Source: a virus. From it: a stretch of DNA of 64,000 nucleotides. The notes under the pieces were generated by a model. That model was given only the letters and a program-made list of their open reading frames with translations. It made no database searches and was not told where the DNA came from. The translations under genes were made by a program, and so were the position numbers. Of the stretch, positions 47,581-55,883 are shown in pieces; positions within the stretch are counted from its first letter, which is position 1; each line of letters starts with the position of its first letter. The stretch spans positions 43,633-107,632 of the IMG/VR virus record IMGVR_UViG_3300031957_001682; one strand, written 5' to 3'.

Positions 47581-47846
47581 TTGACATAGACAAATACGAG
47601 AACCACGACATGATACGAATTGCCAAACAACTGTTGATTGAAGACGCACCACTTATCCTTGAAGAACTCATCAAATACAAGAAGTTGTATGAATACCGTG
47701 TCGCTCGGACCCGTGAAAACTGGGCAGAAATCGAGCGGTTGCGTGAGCAACTAAGGCTTGCGAAAGAATGGGTAGCGAATGAACATCTAAATTGTCTTTC
47801 CACAATGGACATATTTACAGAATACATAGGAGGCGAAGAAGAATGA
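47577..47846 (+). CDS. MIDTDKY-family protein 7
   Basis: MIDIDKYE...DAPLILEE...AEIERLR. Confidence 0.65.
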   Translation: MIDIDKYENHDMIRIAKQLLIEDAPLILEELIKYKKLYEYRVARTRENWAEIERLREQLRLAKEWVANEHLNCLSTMDIFTEYIGGEEE

Positions 47847-48046
47847 TTGACGATGCAGGGCAAGAGATTGAATTAGGAATGTGGTATAAATTGTTAGAAG
47901 AAAAACAAGACCTGCTCGCAGAAGTTAAGCGGTTGCGCTTTCATTTGGAAAGTGTAGTGGATGAATTAGCAACTCATCTCGGTGACTACGAGAATGAGAT
48001 GTATGATTGGGTTAGAAAAATGCACAAGTTATATGGAAGTGATTGA
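47843..48046 (+). CDS. MIDTDKY-family protein 8 (divergent)
   Basis: MIDD...LLAEVKRLR. Confidence 0.6.
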   Translation: MIDDAGQEIELGMWYKLLEEKQDLLAEVKRLRFHLESVVDELATHLGDYENEMYDWVRKMHKLYGSD

Positions 48047-48073
48047 ATGATTGACACAACGGAGAAGAATAAC

Positions 48074-48108
48074 ACTGAAAGCAATTTGATATAAAGAACA
48101 AAAGAAAA
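48074..48108 (+). promoter_or_regulatory. Early promoter copy 7
   Basis: ACTGAAAGCAATTTGATATAAAGAACAAAAGAAA. Confidence 0.8.
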
Positions 48109-48143
48109 AAGAAATGAAAGAAAACAAAATGGAGATGAATAAT

Positions 48144-49190
48144 ATGGCACACAATATAGCACAAACGAAAGACGCAGAATGGATGACAGCATGGAGCGGT
48201 AGTACACCGTGGCATGGCTTAGGAACACAAACAGAAGGACTGATGACAAGTTATGAGGCGTTAGAAAAAGCGCATCTAAATTGGCAAGTCGAAAAGATAC
48301 CACTGATGTACATTGATGGTACGAACGGCTTGGAAGTTGTACCGGAAACCTACGGTGTATTCCGCAACGATGGAGAGAAACTTGTACCACTGACACGCAA
48401 CGGCAAAGCAGTGGGCAAGGTATGGAAGGCGTGGCAGAATGCTGATGCCTTCTCCTACATTGACGACCTCTTCCAAACACAGGAAGGTAAGATTGAGGTT
48501 TGCGGTGCGCTTGGTAATGGTGAGAAGGTATGGGTCTTGGCCCGTATGCCAAACAACATCGTGCTTGGCGGAGTTGACACAATCAATCAGTTCCTCCTTA
48601 TCACGAACACTCACGATGGCACAGGTTCACTTGTCATCATGCTCACACCTATCCGTGTGGTATGCCAAAACACATTGAACATGGCACTCCAACAGGGTAG
48701 CGATTTCATTTGGCGAGTACGACACACCGGCAAGAAGGGCGAACACTTGGAGGCTATTCAAAAGGTATTCAACCAAGCCAACGAAGCCTTCTTTGCATGG
48801 GGTGAGCAAGCGGTTGAACTGCTTGACATTGAGATGACATTGGATGAGGCGAAGGAATACTTCATTGATACACTACAACTCAAACGCAACGAAGAAACCG
48901 GCGACCTCGCCGCTCGTGGAAAGGGTATGCTCAACAAGTGCGTGGCCCTGCTTGCTGGCGACAACAACAAGGTCGGCAACATGGAGGGTACAGCATGGGC
49001 CGCTTACAATGCACTGACTGAATACATTGACCACCACGCTACTGAACTACGCAACGGTGACAAGAGCATCAAGCGTATGGAGAGCGCACTGTTCGGGCTA
49101 CTGGCACGACGCAAGCAAGCGGCATGGACCAACGCATTCGAGGACTACTCCGAGGCGGCGGCACTACAAGCAGTGGTGGTTGAAGAATGA
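48144..49190 (+). CDS. DUF932 (phage/plasmid TIGR03299-like) protein
   Basis: PWHGLG, QNxxAF, NTHDGT, TPIRVVCQNTL and GTAWAAYNALTEYIDH motifs. Confidence 0.85.
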   Translation: MAHNIAQTKDAEWMTAWSGSTPWHGLGTQTEGLMTSYEALEKAHLNWQVEKIPLMYIDGTNGLEVVPETYGVFRNDGEKLVPLTRNGKAVGKVWKAWQNADAFSYIDDLFQTQEGKIEVCGALGNGEKVWVLARMPNNIVLGGVDTINQFLLITNTHDGTGSLVIMLTPIRVVCQNTLNMALQQGSDFIWRVRHTGKKGEHLEAIQKVFNQANEAFFAWGEQAVELLDIEMTLDEAKEYFIDTLQLKRNEETGDLAARGKGMLNKCVALLAGDNNKVGNMEGTAWAAYNALTEYIDHHATELRNGDKSIKRMESALFGLLARRKQAAWTNAFEDYSEAAALQAVVVEE

Positions 49191-49318
49191 ATGTAATCAA
49201 GAGATGCTGTATGGATTGTATCTATACGCTATTTATTTTAGGTAAAGGGCATGTACCATACGACCACATGGTTTGTGATGTATGCAACGAAAGAATGGAT
49301 TTCACGGAGGAAGAGTGA

Positions 49319-49687
49319 ATGTGGGTGGCATTGACAGAAGGCTGGTTGAGCATCGTTGCTCACCGACACAAGCCCGACCACTTACTGGTGCGGGCACGCA
49401 ACCCTAAGCACATCACTCGTACATTCCGTGATGCGGAGTTGTACATCAATACTGACGCAGACTATCCGTTTCGTGCTGATGTACCACGAGAAGATGTGAT
49501 TGAGTTCATGTCCCGTCGCTTGGAACACATGTCCTATGACAACTTCAAGAACACAATCGACAAGCAAGACTACGGGTACAGGGAAGTGGCGAATACCGTT
49601 TGGACTGCCCTGTATCAGTATGGCATACCTTACCGATTCGACAACTCATCATCATACTTCACAGAAGATAGCAGTGATTCGATTTGA
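49319..49687 (+). CDS. Conserved hypothetical phage protein
   Basis: MW...GWLSIV...LLVRAR...DYPFRA...YDNFK pattern. Confidence 0.65.
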   Translation: MWVALTEGWLSIVAHRHKPDHLLVRARNPKHITRTFRDAELYINTDADYPFRADVPREDVIEFMSRRLEHMSYDNFKNTIDKQDYGYREVANTVWTALYQYGIPYRFDNSSSYFTEDSSDSI

Positions 49688-49706
49688 TATAAAGAACAAA
49701 AGAAAC
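49673..49706 (+). promoter_or_regulatory. Early promoter copy 8
   Basis: GATTTGATATAAAGAACAAAAGAAAC. Confidence 0.75.
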
Positions 49707-49721
49707 GAGAGTTGAGAAACA

Positions 49722-50009
49722 ATGAAAGAAAAACAAATAGAACAAAACATACGAGAGCAAATGCTTGCTCTTGAATCACAGATGAAACGACTACAAGAGT
49801 GGCGTGACACAGGCTACTCCGCTACGGTGTGTGCTGATGATAAACACGCATGGTTTGATATTGATACAGTGAAACTGAAAGAAGGTATCAGTGTAGTAAG
49901 TCAATGTAAGTGGTGCGGTATTAAGCGACATGTGTATTATGCAATGAACGATTCAATTACTCTTAGCGATGAGTGGTCGGATTTTAGAGAAGGCGGTGAA
50001 GAAGAATGA
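49722..50009 (+). CDS. Hypothetical Zn-binding protein
   Basis: ORF after promoter 8 with CKWC; ends in GGEEE. Confidence 0.6.
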   Translation: MKEKQIEQNIREQMLALESQMKRLQEWRDTGYSATVCADDKHAWFDIDTVKLKEGISVVSQCKWCGIKRHVYYAMNDSITLSDEWSDFREGGEEE

Positions 50010-50131
50010 ATGAAGAAGAGTGCGCCATTTGTGCAGACGACTACCATGACAGTGACCAGTACATTTGTGACGATTGCCACAACGAACTTGAGGCACTACA
50101 AGCAGACCAACAAGCATCGAGGTGGGACTGA
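50006..50131 (+). CDS. Small Zn-finger protein (41 aa)
   Basis: Hand-translated MNEEECAIC...ICDDCH; ATGA overlap. Confidence 0.5.
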   Translation: MNEEECAICADDYHDSDQYICDDCHNELEALQADQQASRWD

Positions 50132-50364
50132 TGAAGAAAAACAAGCACGATTGGGAAATCGTCGCACACGATTTTCGATGCGATGTCATCATAGTTGATG
50201 CCAAATGCACGAAGTGTGGAGCATTACAGTACCTAACGGTGGACCTCGACAACCCCTCCGCATCATGTTGGCAAAGGTGGCACCCGAAATCGGGCGACAC
50301 CCACTTTGATACAATTGAAGAGGAAGAGGAATGCACTGTGTCATCAAGGAAGGTGGTAGTATGA
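50131..50364 (+). CDS. Small Zn-binding hypothetical protein
   Basis: HDW...CTKCG motifs; SD GAGGTGG. Confidence 0.5.
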   Translation: MKKNKHDWEIVAHDFRCDVIIVDAKCTKCGALQYLTVDLDNPSASCWQRWHPKSGDTHFDTIEEEEECTVSSRKVVV

Positions 50365-50960
50365 ACATCTTCGTACTTGACACCGACCCTACCGTTGCGG
50401 CTCACATGCACTGCGACAAGCATGTGCCCAAGATGGTCGTAGAGGCCGCACAGATGATGGCATCAGCCTTGCGCCGACATGGTGCGACTGATGAGGACAT
50501 GCCACTCACCAAAGCGGGTAAGCCCTACAAGGGCGGCTACGCTCACCACCCATGCACAGTGTGGGCTGGTGACAGTCGTGCTAACTTTTGGTGGCTGGCG
50601 ACACATGCCCAAGCACTATACTGTGCCTACCAATTGAGGTTCGGCAAGAAACATGCGTGTGCTGACCCTATTGACCAAATGCAAGCACTCGCAGATAGCA
50701 TTCCCGAATACACAGGGACCAACCACACTGGACTCACACCATTCGCACTGGCTATGCCCGATGAACACCGACCTATGTGGGTTAGTGGGCATAAAGGCAT
50801 CATGTTCCCCGACGACTATGCCGATAAAAGAATTACTCATGCTTCACATCAAACAGCAGTTAAAGCGTACCGTCGCTACTACCATTCCAAGCAGTTCGCC
50901 AAGTGGGAGAAGGGTACACCTGCTCCCGATTGGTGGCGAGGCGTGGAGGTGAAGGCGTGA
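50361..50960 (+). CDS. Pyrimidine dimer DNA glycosylase / endonuclease V-like protein
   Basis: MNIFVLD...HCDKHVPKM..E..QM, HPCTVW and AYRRYY...KW motifs. Confidence 0.8.
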   Translation: MNIFVLDTDPTVAAHMHCDKHVPKMVVEAAQMMASALRRHGATDEDMPLTKAGKPYKGGYAHHPCTVWAGDSRANFWWLATHAQALYCAYQLRFGKKHACADPIDQMQALADSIPEYTGTNHTGLTPFALAMPDEHRPMWVSGHKGIMFPDDYADKRITHASHQTAVKAYRRYYHSKQFAKWEKGTPAPDWWRGVEVKA

Positions 50961-51148
50961 GAGATTGGGAGCATGAAGTCTTGATGTTTATTGACAGAAC
51001 AGGTAGGGATTTTTCCTATGACTATTTTCTTTGGTTGGCAACTAATGCCGCATGGTGCCCTAAGTGTAATAAAGTCAATGATGACGAAGGTGGTCCACAT
51101 ATTGGAAACGATGTGATTTGCGATGAATGCGTGGAGGTGACGGCGTGA
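50957..51148 (+). CDS. Cassette mini-protein (Zn finger CPKC..CDEC)
   Basis: GTGA overlap, SD present, ends in CVEVTA. Confidence 0.6.
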   Translation: MRDWEHEVLMFIDRTGRDFSYDYFLWLATNAAWCPKCNKVNDDEGGPHIGNDVICDECVEVTA

Positions 51149-51249
51149 CCGACGCATACCTATTCAGTGAATGGCAGTGCGGCAACTGCGGTCGTGGCTT
51201 CCCCGACAAGAACGATGCAGAAGAATGTTGTAAGGAGGTGACGGCTTGA
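51145..51249 (+). CDS. Cassette mini-protein, 34 aa Zn finger
   Basis: MTDAYLFSEWQCGNCGRGFPDKNDAEECCKEVTA. Confidence 0.6.
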   Translation: MTDAYLFSEWQCGNCGRGFPDKNDAEECCKEVTA

Positions 51250-51422
51250 AGTGCATACCCAAGATGAACAGCCGAGCGTATTCTAATACAAGCCAAGTTG
51301 ATTGGTTGTTGGACATTGACTGTGATACTTGTAGAAGTCGGACATCAATGTGTAGAGTCAAGGTGACAATGGATGAGATGGAAGATTGGATTGCTGAACG
51401 AGGCGTGGAGGTGAAGGAGTGA
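51246..51422 (+). CDS. Cassette mini-protein, 58 aa
   Basis: TTGA overlap; CDTC; ends in GVEVKE. Confidence 0.55.
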   Translation: MKCIPKMNSRAYSNTSQVDWLLDIDCDTCRSRTSMCRVKVTMDEMEDWIAERGVEVKE

Positions 51423-51538
51423 AGTGCAATTGTGACGCTTACCCCTTTCAGCATTACAAATACCCCGATGGGCTTTGTGATTCGGTGGGGGAATGTTTGC
51501 ATGAAGAAGATTGTAAATGCGTGGAGGTGACGGTATGA
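51419..51538 (+). CDS. Cassette mini-protein, 39 aa, Cys-rich
   Basis: MKCNC...CKCVEVTV. Confidence 0.55.
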   Translation: MKCNCDAYPFQHYKYPDGLCDSVGECLHEEDCKCVEVTV

Positions 51539-51663
51539 AACCAAAAGTTGAGATAGAGATGCACAGTGATGGTACATTATATGTTTGGATATACCACGAT
51601 GGTAAGAAATATATGAATTGTTGGTGGGAAGAAGATTGGCAAGAATGGGAGGTGACGGCGTGA
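51535..51663 (+). CDS. Cassette mini-protein, 42 aa
   Basis: MKPKVEIEM...WEVTA. Confidence 0.55.
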   Translation: MKPKVEIEMHSDGTLYVWIYHDGKKYMNCWWEEDWQEWEVTA

Positions 51664-51842
51664 TGTTGAAGAAAGATTATGAAGAAATGACGAAGGCTCT
51701 TATTGATGAATTGAATAGGATTGACCCGAAAGGACATTACATGAATTGCACAGGGAGTCATTCGTACAATGCACACCGACAATATGTTGTTGATAGTGTT
51801 AGAAGCATCATGAAATCCTATGGCGTGGAGGTGAAGGAGTGA
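51660..51842 (+). CDS. Cassette mini-protein, 60 aa
   Basis: Ends in YGVEVKE. Confidence 0.55.
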   Translation: MMLKKDYEEMTKALIDELNRIDPKGHYMNCTGSHSYNAHRQYVVDSVRSIMKSYGVEVKE

Positions 51843-51997
51843 TTTACAAATGCAAAGCAAATCAAAAGACTTACACTCGTACTAAGAAAAGGAAGAGTGA
51901 GAACTATTGGAATGGTCACTTCACTCATGCTACTTCTTATGGAGTATGTTGGAATTGTGGGCAGGGGTATTGTTTGAAGAATGAGGTGAAGGCGTGA
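51839..51997 (+). CDS. Cassette mini-protein, 52 aa
   Basis: MIYKC...CWNCG...NEVKA. Confidence 0.55.
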   Translation: MIYKCKANQKTYTRTKKRKSENYWNGHFTHATSYGVCWNCGQGYCLKNEVKA

Positions 51998-52377
51998 AGT
52001 ACGGAGAACTACTTGAAAATATGCTTGCTGAATCTCGTGGTAAAATCACGGCAAGCGTCCTTGCACGCTATCGCTACCGTTTAGATGAGAGTGATGGGCC
52101 ATTCTTGGAAGACCCCGACTGGTGGGGTTCTATGCGGGAAGCAAAACAGTTTGAAGAGGCTTGGGATGATGTTGAAGAATGGTTTTGCGGTCAGTGCGGC
52201 GTACAATACGATGACATAGATTACAAAGCATTCAAGTCTTGGAAAAAGCGTTTTACTCTCAAGGTAGGTTGGCACACTGATGGTACATGGTCCCACCCGT
52301 GGTGTTTCAAACACAAGGGCAAGAAGTACAATATCCAGTGGCCTTCGCTTGATGCAGAAGTGGAGGTGACGGCGTGA
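51994..52377 (+). CDS. Cassette protein, 127 aa
   Basis: CGQC; ends in EVEVTA. Confidence 0.6.
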   Translation: MKYGELLENMLAESRGKITASVLARYRYRLDESDGPFLEDPDWWGSMREAKQFEEAWDDVEEWFCGQCGVQYDDIDYKAFKSWKKRFTLKVGWHTDGTWSHPWCFKHKGKKYNIQWPSLDAEVEVTA

Positions 52378-52670
52378 GTAAAGCAAGTATGATGAAGAGA
52401 TTAGAATGGAGTATGATTCAAAACTCAAATCAATGGTTCACAGCAAAGGAGATGATGGACCTCCTTCTTACACATAGAGATACTGATGTGAATAAGAAAT
52501 ACCAAAGGGATAATGGTATGAAGTCAAGAATCCCTCCCAAGTTCTCTCATGGTCCTCCAAACACTGTATCTCTTGCCTATATGATTACAAAAACTAAGCG
52601 ATATGAAATGAAGTATGTTAGTCGAAGTAGCAGAAGTATTCGAGCGTACAGATTGAAGGTGGAAGCATGA
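52374..52670 (+). CDS. Basic hypothetical protein (possible winged HTH)
   Basis: QWFTAKEM segment; GTGA overlap. Confidence 0.55.
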   Translation: MSKASMMKRLEWSMIQNSNQWFTAKEMMDLLLTHRDTDVNKKYQRDNGMKSRIPPKFSHGPPNTVSLAYMITKTKRYEMKYVSRSSRSIRAYRLKVEA

Positions 52671-52927
52671 GCAAAGATATAGTGATACCGGAAACGGCTG
52701 GTGATTTGATGGGGTACGAACTTCTCATCAATGACGAGTGGCTGACTATCGTGACTGAAATGAATGCAAAGGACATAGAAATGAACTGCCCTACTTGTGG
52801 AGAACTTCACGATGAAAGTATTCTGTATCTTTTAGATGGAGGACAGCACCTTTACAAAGGGTTGTGCTGTGGGATGTTTGGAGTCTTAGTGACTAATGGT
52901 GAGGACAATGGATTGGAAGCCGAATGA
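52667..52927 (+). CDS. Small Zn-binding protein
   Basis: CPTC...CC. Confidence 0.55.
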   Translation: MSKDIVIPETAGDLMGYELLINDEWLTIVTEMNAKDIEMNCPTCGELHDESILYLLDGGQHLYKGLCCGMFGVLVTNGEDNGLEAE

Positions 52928-53618
52928 AGAATTGATTGCTTGGGGAAAGGAACACTTGGGAGCCATACCTGTTGATGGTATATGGTCACCGGAAGGCAGT
53001 GGTGTACAATACAGGAAGATGGGCGAACATACTTTCGCATTGATGTTTATGTACAATCATCCTACTTCTCAAGAACAACATACCAAATTCAAGATACTTA
53101 TGGAGAACTGTGACTACACAGTTCTCGAAGGTGATGATGTTGAAATGGTCACACCTGCTCTTGACCCATCACGCCAAATGCAAGATGAGTATGAACGCAA
53201 GCAAGCGGTGGCTCAAGGATGGGCTTGCCCCGAATGTGAGTACCCTCTCGCTAACAGTGAGTTGGAGTATCGTGTTGACGAGTTCGTTGAAACAACCGAA
53301 ATGGAATTGTCCAATGGTGAACATGCAGAAATTGAACTGTGGCGTTGCCTCATCAACTGTGGTGGTTGCGGTACAGTGATTCCTATGGAACCCGATGACT
53401 ACCACTTGATTGCTGGTGATGGCCTCTTCATGTCGTGGCGAAGTAAAGACTACAGGTTCACTGCTTTGACACGAGGCGACATGAAAGACTTGGCTGATGC
53501 TGGCGTACAAACAGGTCATGTACTTGGGAGCAAGTACGATGGACAACGAGTACCTCCGTGGATGTGGGGTATTTATGCCATCAAGACTCAACTACGAGAG
53601 AGTAGTGAAGAAGAGTGA
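52908..53618 (+). CDS. Hypothetical Zn-ribbon protein
   Basis: CPEC and CGGC; SD GGTGA. Confidence 0.65.
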   Translation: MDWKPNEELIAWGKEHLGAIPVDGIWSPEGSGVQYRKMGEHTFALMFMYNHPTSQEQHTKFKILMENCDYTVLEGDDVEMVTPALDPSRQMQDEYERKQAVAQGWACPECEYPLANSELEYRVDEFVETTEMELSNGEHAEIELWRCLINCGGCGTVIPMEPDDYHLIAGDGLFMSWRSKDYRFTALTRGDMKDLADAGVQTGHVLGSKYDGQRVPPWMWGIYAIKTQLRESSEEE

Positions 53619-53902
53619 AGCGGAACACCGAGCGGGATTACTGGGTGGACGATTCCAAAGTCCAAAAGTGGTCAGCCGGTAAGGGGAAGATTCGTCTTGC
53701 TTGGACTAAATGGTTAGGTCGTAATTGGATTGACCTGCGTATCATGCGGAGAGAGGATGATGGATATGTACACACACGACATGGAGTTCGCATTTCACCC
53801 GACCAACTACGCTCAATGCTACCAGCACTCAACGAGATGCTTGAACACATCGACAACACAGAAGAAGAAGAGAAAAGGAAATCCCCACCCAATGAAGATT
53901 AA
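53615..53902 (+). CDS. PC4/YdbC-like ssDNA-binding protein
   Basis: WIDLRIM....GYVHTRHGVRIS pattern. Confidence 0.7.
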   Translation: MKRNTERDYWVDDSKVQKWSAGKGKIRLAWTKWLGRNWIDLRIMRREDDGYVHTRHGVRISPDQLRSMLPALNEMLEHIDNTEEEEKRKSPPNED

Positions 53903-53912
53903 GGGTGAAAGT

Positions 53913-54248
53913 ATGAGAGCGTATCGTTTAACTTGGCAACAAAGAAACAGGGTGTGGGTCTTCAAAGACGGACCACTGCGAGGCGAGCCGTTGTTCTATG
54001 GCTTCGATGGTGTCATCACTAAGATGCTCACCAAGTTAGGTGCAGTGAAGTACCGTCGTGCGTTGAATGATGGTTGCCACCTTCTCTTAGGCGAGCGACC
54101 ATTCCCTGCTTCTTTCGCAATGAAAGTAATGTTCAAGGAGAACACGGGCGCACGCTACGAGCATGATGAACTTGGTACTGGTTGGCTTGAATGCGAATTG
54201 CTTGATGCTTGTTATGATGTACTCCATGTCGCCGTCGAGGTGAAGTAA
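53913..54248 (+). CDS. Hypothetical phage protein
   Basis: WVF.D..L..EP...G.D...GWL pattern; SD GGTGA. Confidence 0.55.
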   Translation: MRAYRLTWQQRNRVWVFKDGPLRGEPLFYGFDGVITKMLTKLGAVKYRRALNDGCHLLLGERPFPASFAMKVMFKENTGARYEHDELGTGWLECELLDACYDVLHVAVEVK

Positions 54249-55462
54249 TGCTCCTATCACGAGCGACTATCATCGTTTCAAAAATGCCTCACCGACTCTC
54301 GGTGGAGGACTTAACGAGGGAGGAAGCCCACGAAGTGTGGGCCTTCTTGTCAAGTGAAGACAGGCTCTCAATGACACGGCAAGCAGTGAAGGTACAACTC
54401 GCTAAGGAATGCGGAGTGTTCATCGAACAGATGGATGCGGTAGCCAACGGTGCTACACTCACCGAGTTGTTGGTATGGGAATCATCCGATAGCGAGGGTG
54501 GTACACTCACACTGGAAAACATCACTGCTATGTTTCGTAATCCTAATCAAGATGATGAATGGGTGATTGAACTATGTCGCATGATGAATCCATACGAAGG
54601 AGAACTGGCTTGGCGTTGGGCGTTGGGTGAACGACTCATCATGCTCCGCAATAGAATGCGTACATGGAGCAAGAAGGTTTCTGTAAAAAATGACACACTA
54701 CTACCAACTGAAACACTTATCGACATAGCGTTTGGTGAGGTCGATGCAGAAGTAGTCACTGATACATCGGTCTTCAAACGACTACGCAAATGGGTAGGTG
54801 ATGAGCCGGATGCTTGGTGGCTTGTACCCGATTGTGCTACACTACTCCACATCAGCGATGGTGCGGTACGCAATCGCAGGGGTGACATTGACATTGAGTT
54901 CACTCCGCTCACTGGTGATGCTGAACCCTGTTGGTCATGGGTGAATGCAGTGGGAACGCTAAGGCATCATACCGTCAATCAACAACTTTCATACTCAAAG
55001 TATCAAGAACCCATGTCACTGTCGTGGGCTGAATCAATGACAGTGCTACAAAAGTACCCGAAGAGTGGGTACATCATACTCCATGAGGGTGAGTACCACC
55101 TGCTAACAAGCGGCTCAATCACCCTCTATGCTCAAGCCCTCACGGTGAGGCGCATCAAGAACATCGGCTACGAGTTCACGATAGGCTTCAAGGATGGGCT
55201 GGACATTATCGACACTGCTACTTTTAGAATGAAAGAAATGGTGTACGACCTTGAGAGTTCGTTGAAGATGCGTGGCATCACACTACACAACTCTCACACC
55301 ACCCATGACATTCCCGATGGCTTAGTGCTGTCACTGGTGTACACTTGGAGTCCGAGTGATGATTGGCACTTGCGCTACGCTGGTACTCATCGTGACATGG
55401 GTATCAGTGATGTGGATGAGATAGTGGACTACTACATGCTGGTGGGTGAAGACAATGAGTGA
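54248..55462 (+). CDS. Hypothetical protein (possibly a highly diverged ligase-like fold)
   Basis: 404 aa ORF at the head of the replication module; no intact catalytic motif recognised. Confidence 0.55.
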   Translation: MLLSRATIIVSKMPHRLSVEDLTREEAHEVWAFLSSEDRLSMTRQAVKVQLAKECGVFIEQMDAVANGATLTELLVWESSDSEGGTLTLENITAMFRNPNQDDEWVIELCRMMNPYEGELAWRWALGERLIMLRNRMRTWSKKVSVKNDTLLPTETLIDIAFGEVDAEVVTDTSVFKRLRKWVGDEPDAWWLVPDCATLLHISDGAVRNRRGDIDIEFTPLTGDAEPCWSWVNAVGTLRHHTVNQQLSYSKYQEPMSLSWAESMTVLQKYPKSGYIILHEGEYHLLTSGSITLYAQALTVRRIKNIGYEFTIGFKDGLDIIDTATFRMKEMVYDLESSLKMRGITLHNSHTTHDIPDGLVLSLVYTWSPSDDWHLRYAGTHRDMGISDVDEIVDYYMLVGEDNE

Positions 55463-55850
55463 AACAATGCGAAGCGTCGGATTGGGTATTATCATAATGA
55501 AAGTAAGATTCCAAGTGTCCGTATCGAAGGTGACATGGGGATTTGGTTTCCGTACTAACATGTATGTTGACTTGGGTGAAATGAATGAGCATCAACGACT
55601 CGCCATGCAATTATGGTGCGATGAAAACGACTTGCTCTTACAGTCAAGGGTGCAAGAAAAGGAAGCACTGAAAGCATGGGTGGATGCTCTTACCCCCTAC
55701 GAAACGCTACTGTGTGACACACGGGGCTGGGAACGCATGAAATGGATGATGGCTACGCCAATGCCCCAAGCAAGGAGCAAATCATGGAATGACTTCTATG
55801 AATGGGCCGAGCAATGGGACAATCTAAATGATGGACTGAAACCGAACTGA
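55455..55850 (+). CDS. Hypothetical protein
   Basis: SD GGTGA; overlaps the previous stop. Confidence 0.55.
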   Translation: MSETMRSVGLGIIIMKVRFQVSVSKVTWGFGFRTNMYVDLGEMNEHQRLAMQLWCDENDLLLQSRVQEKEALKAWVDALTPYETLLCDTRGWERMKWMMATPMPQARSKSWNDFYEWAEQWDNLNDGLKPN

Positions 55851-55869
55851 TATAAAGAACAAAAGAAAC
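55835..55869 (+). promoter_or_regulatory. Early promoter copy 9 (replication operon)
   Basis: ACTGAAACCGAACTGATATAAAGAACAAAAGAAAC. Confidence 0.8.
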
Positions 55870-55883
55870 AGAAGTTGAGAACA

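Larger units (their letters stand above)
50941..52377 (+). repeat. Array of about 20-bp junction repeats GCGTGGAGGTGA(C/A)GG(C/A)GTGA delimiting coupled mini-ORFs
   Basis: Nine copies, ending at 50960, 51148, 51249, 51422, 51538, 51663, 51842, 51997 and 52377. Confidence 0.8.

Noticed and set aside
50941-52377. Possible CRISPR mini-array
   Set aside because: Intervals are about 100-380 bp, irregular and all open reading frames, and the repeat contains SD/stop/start signals.
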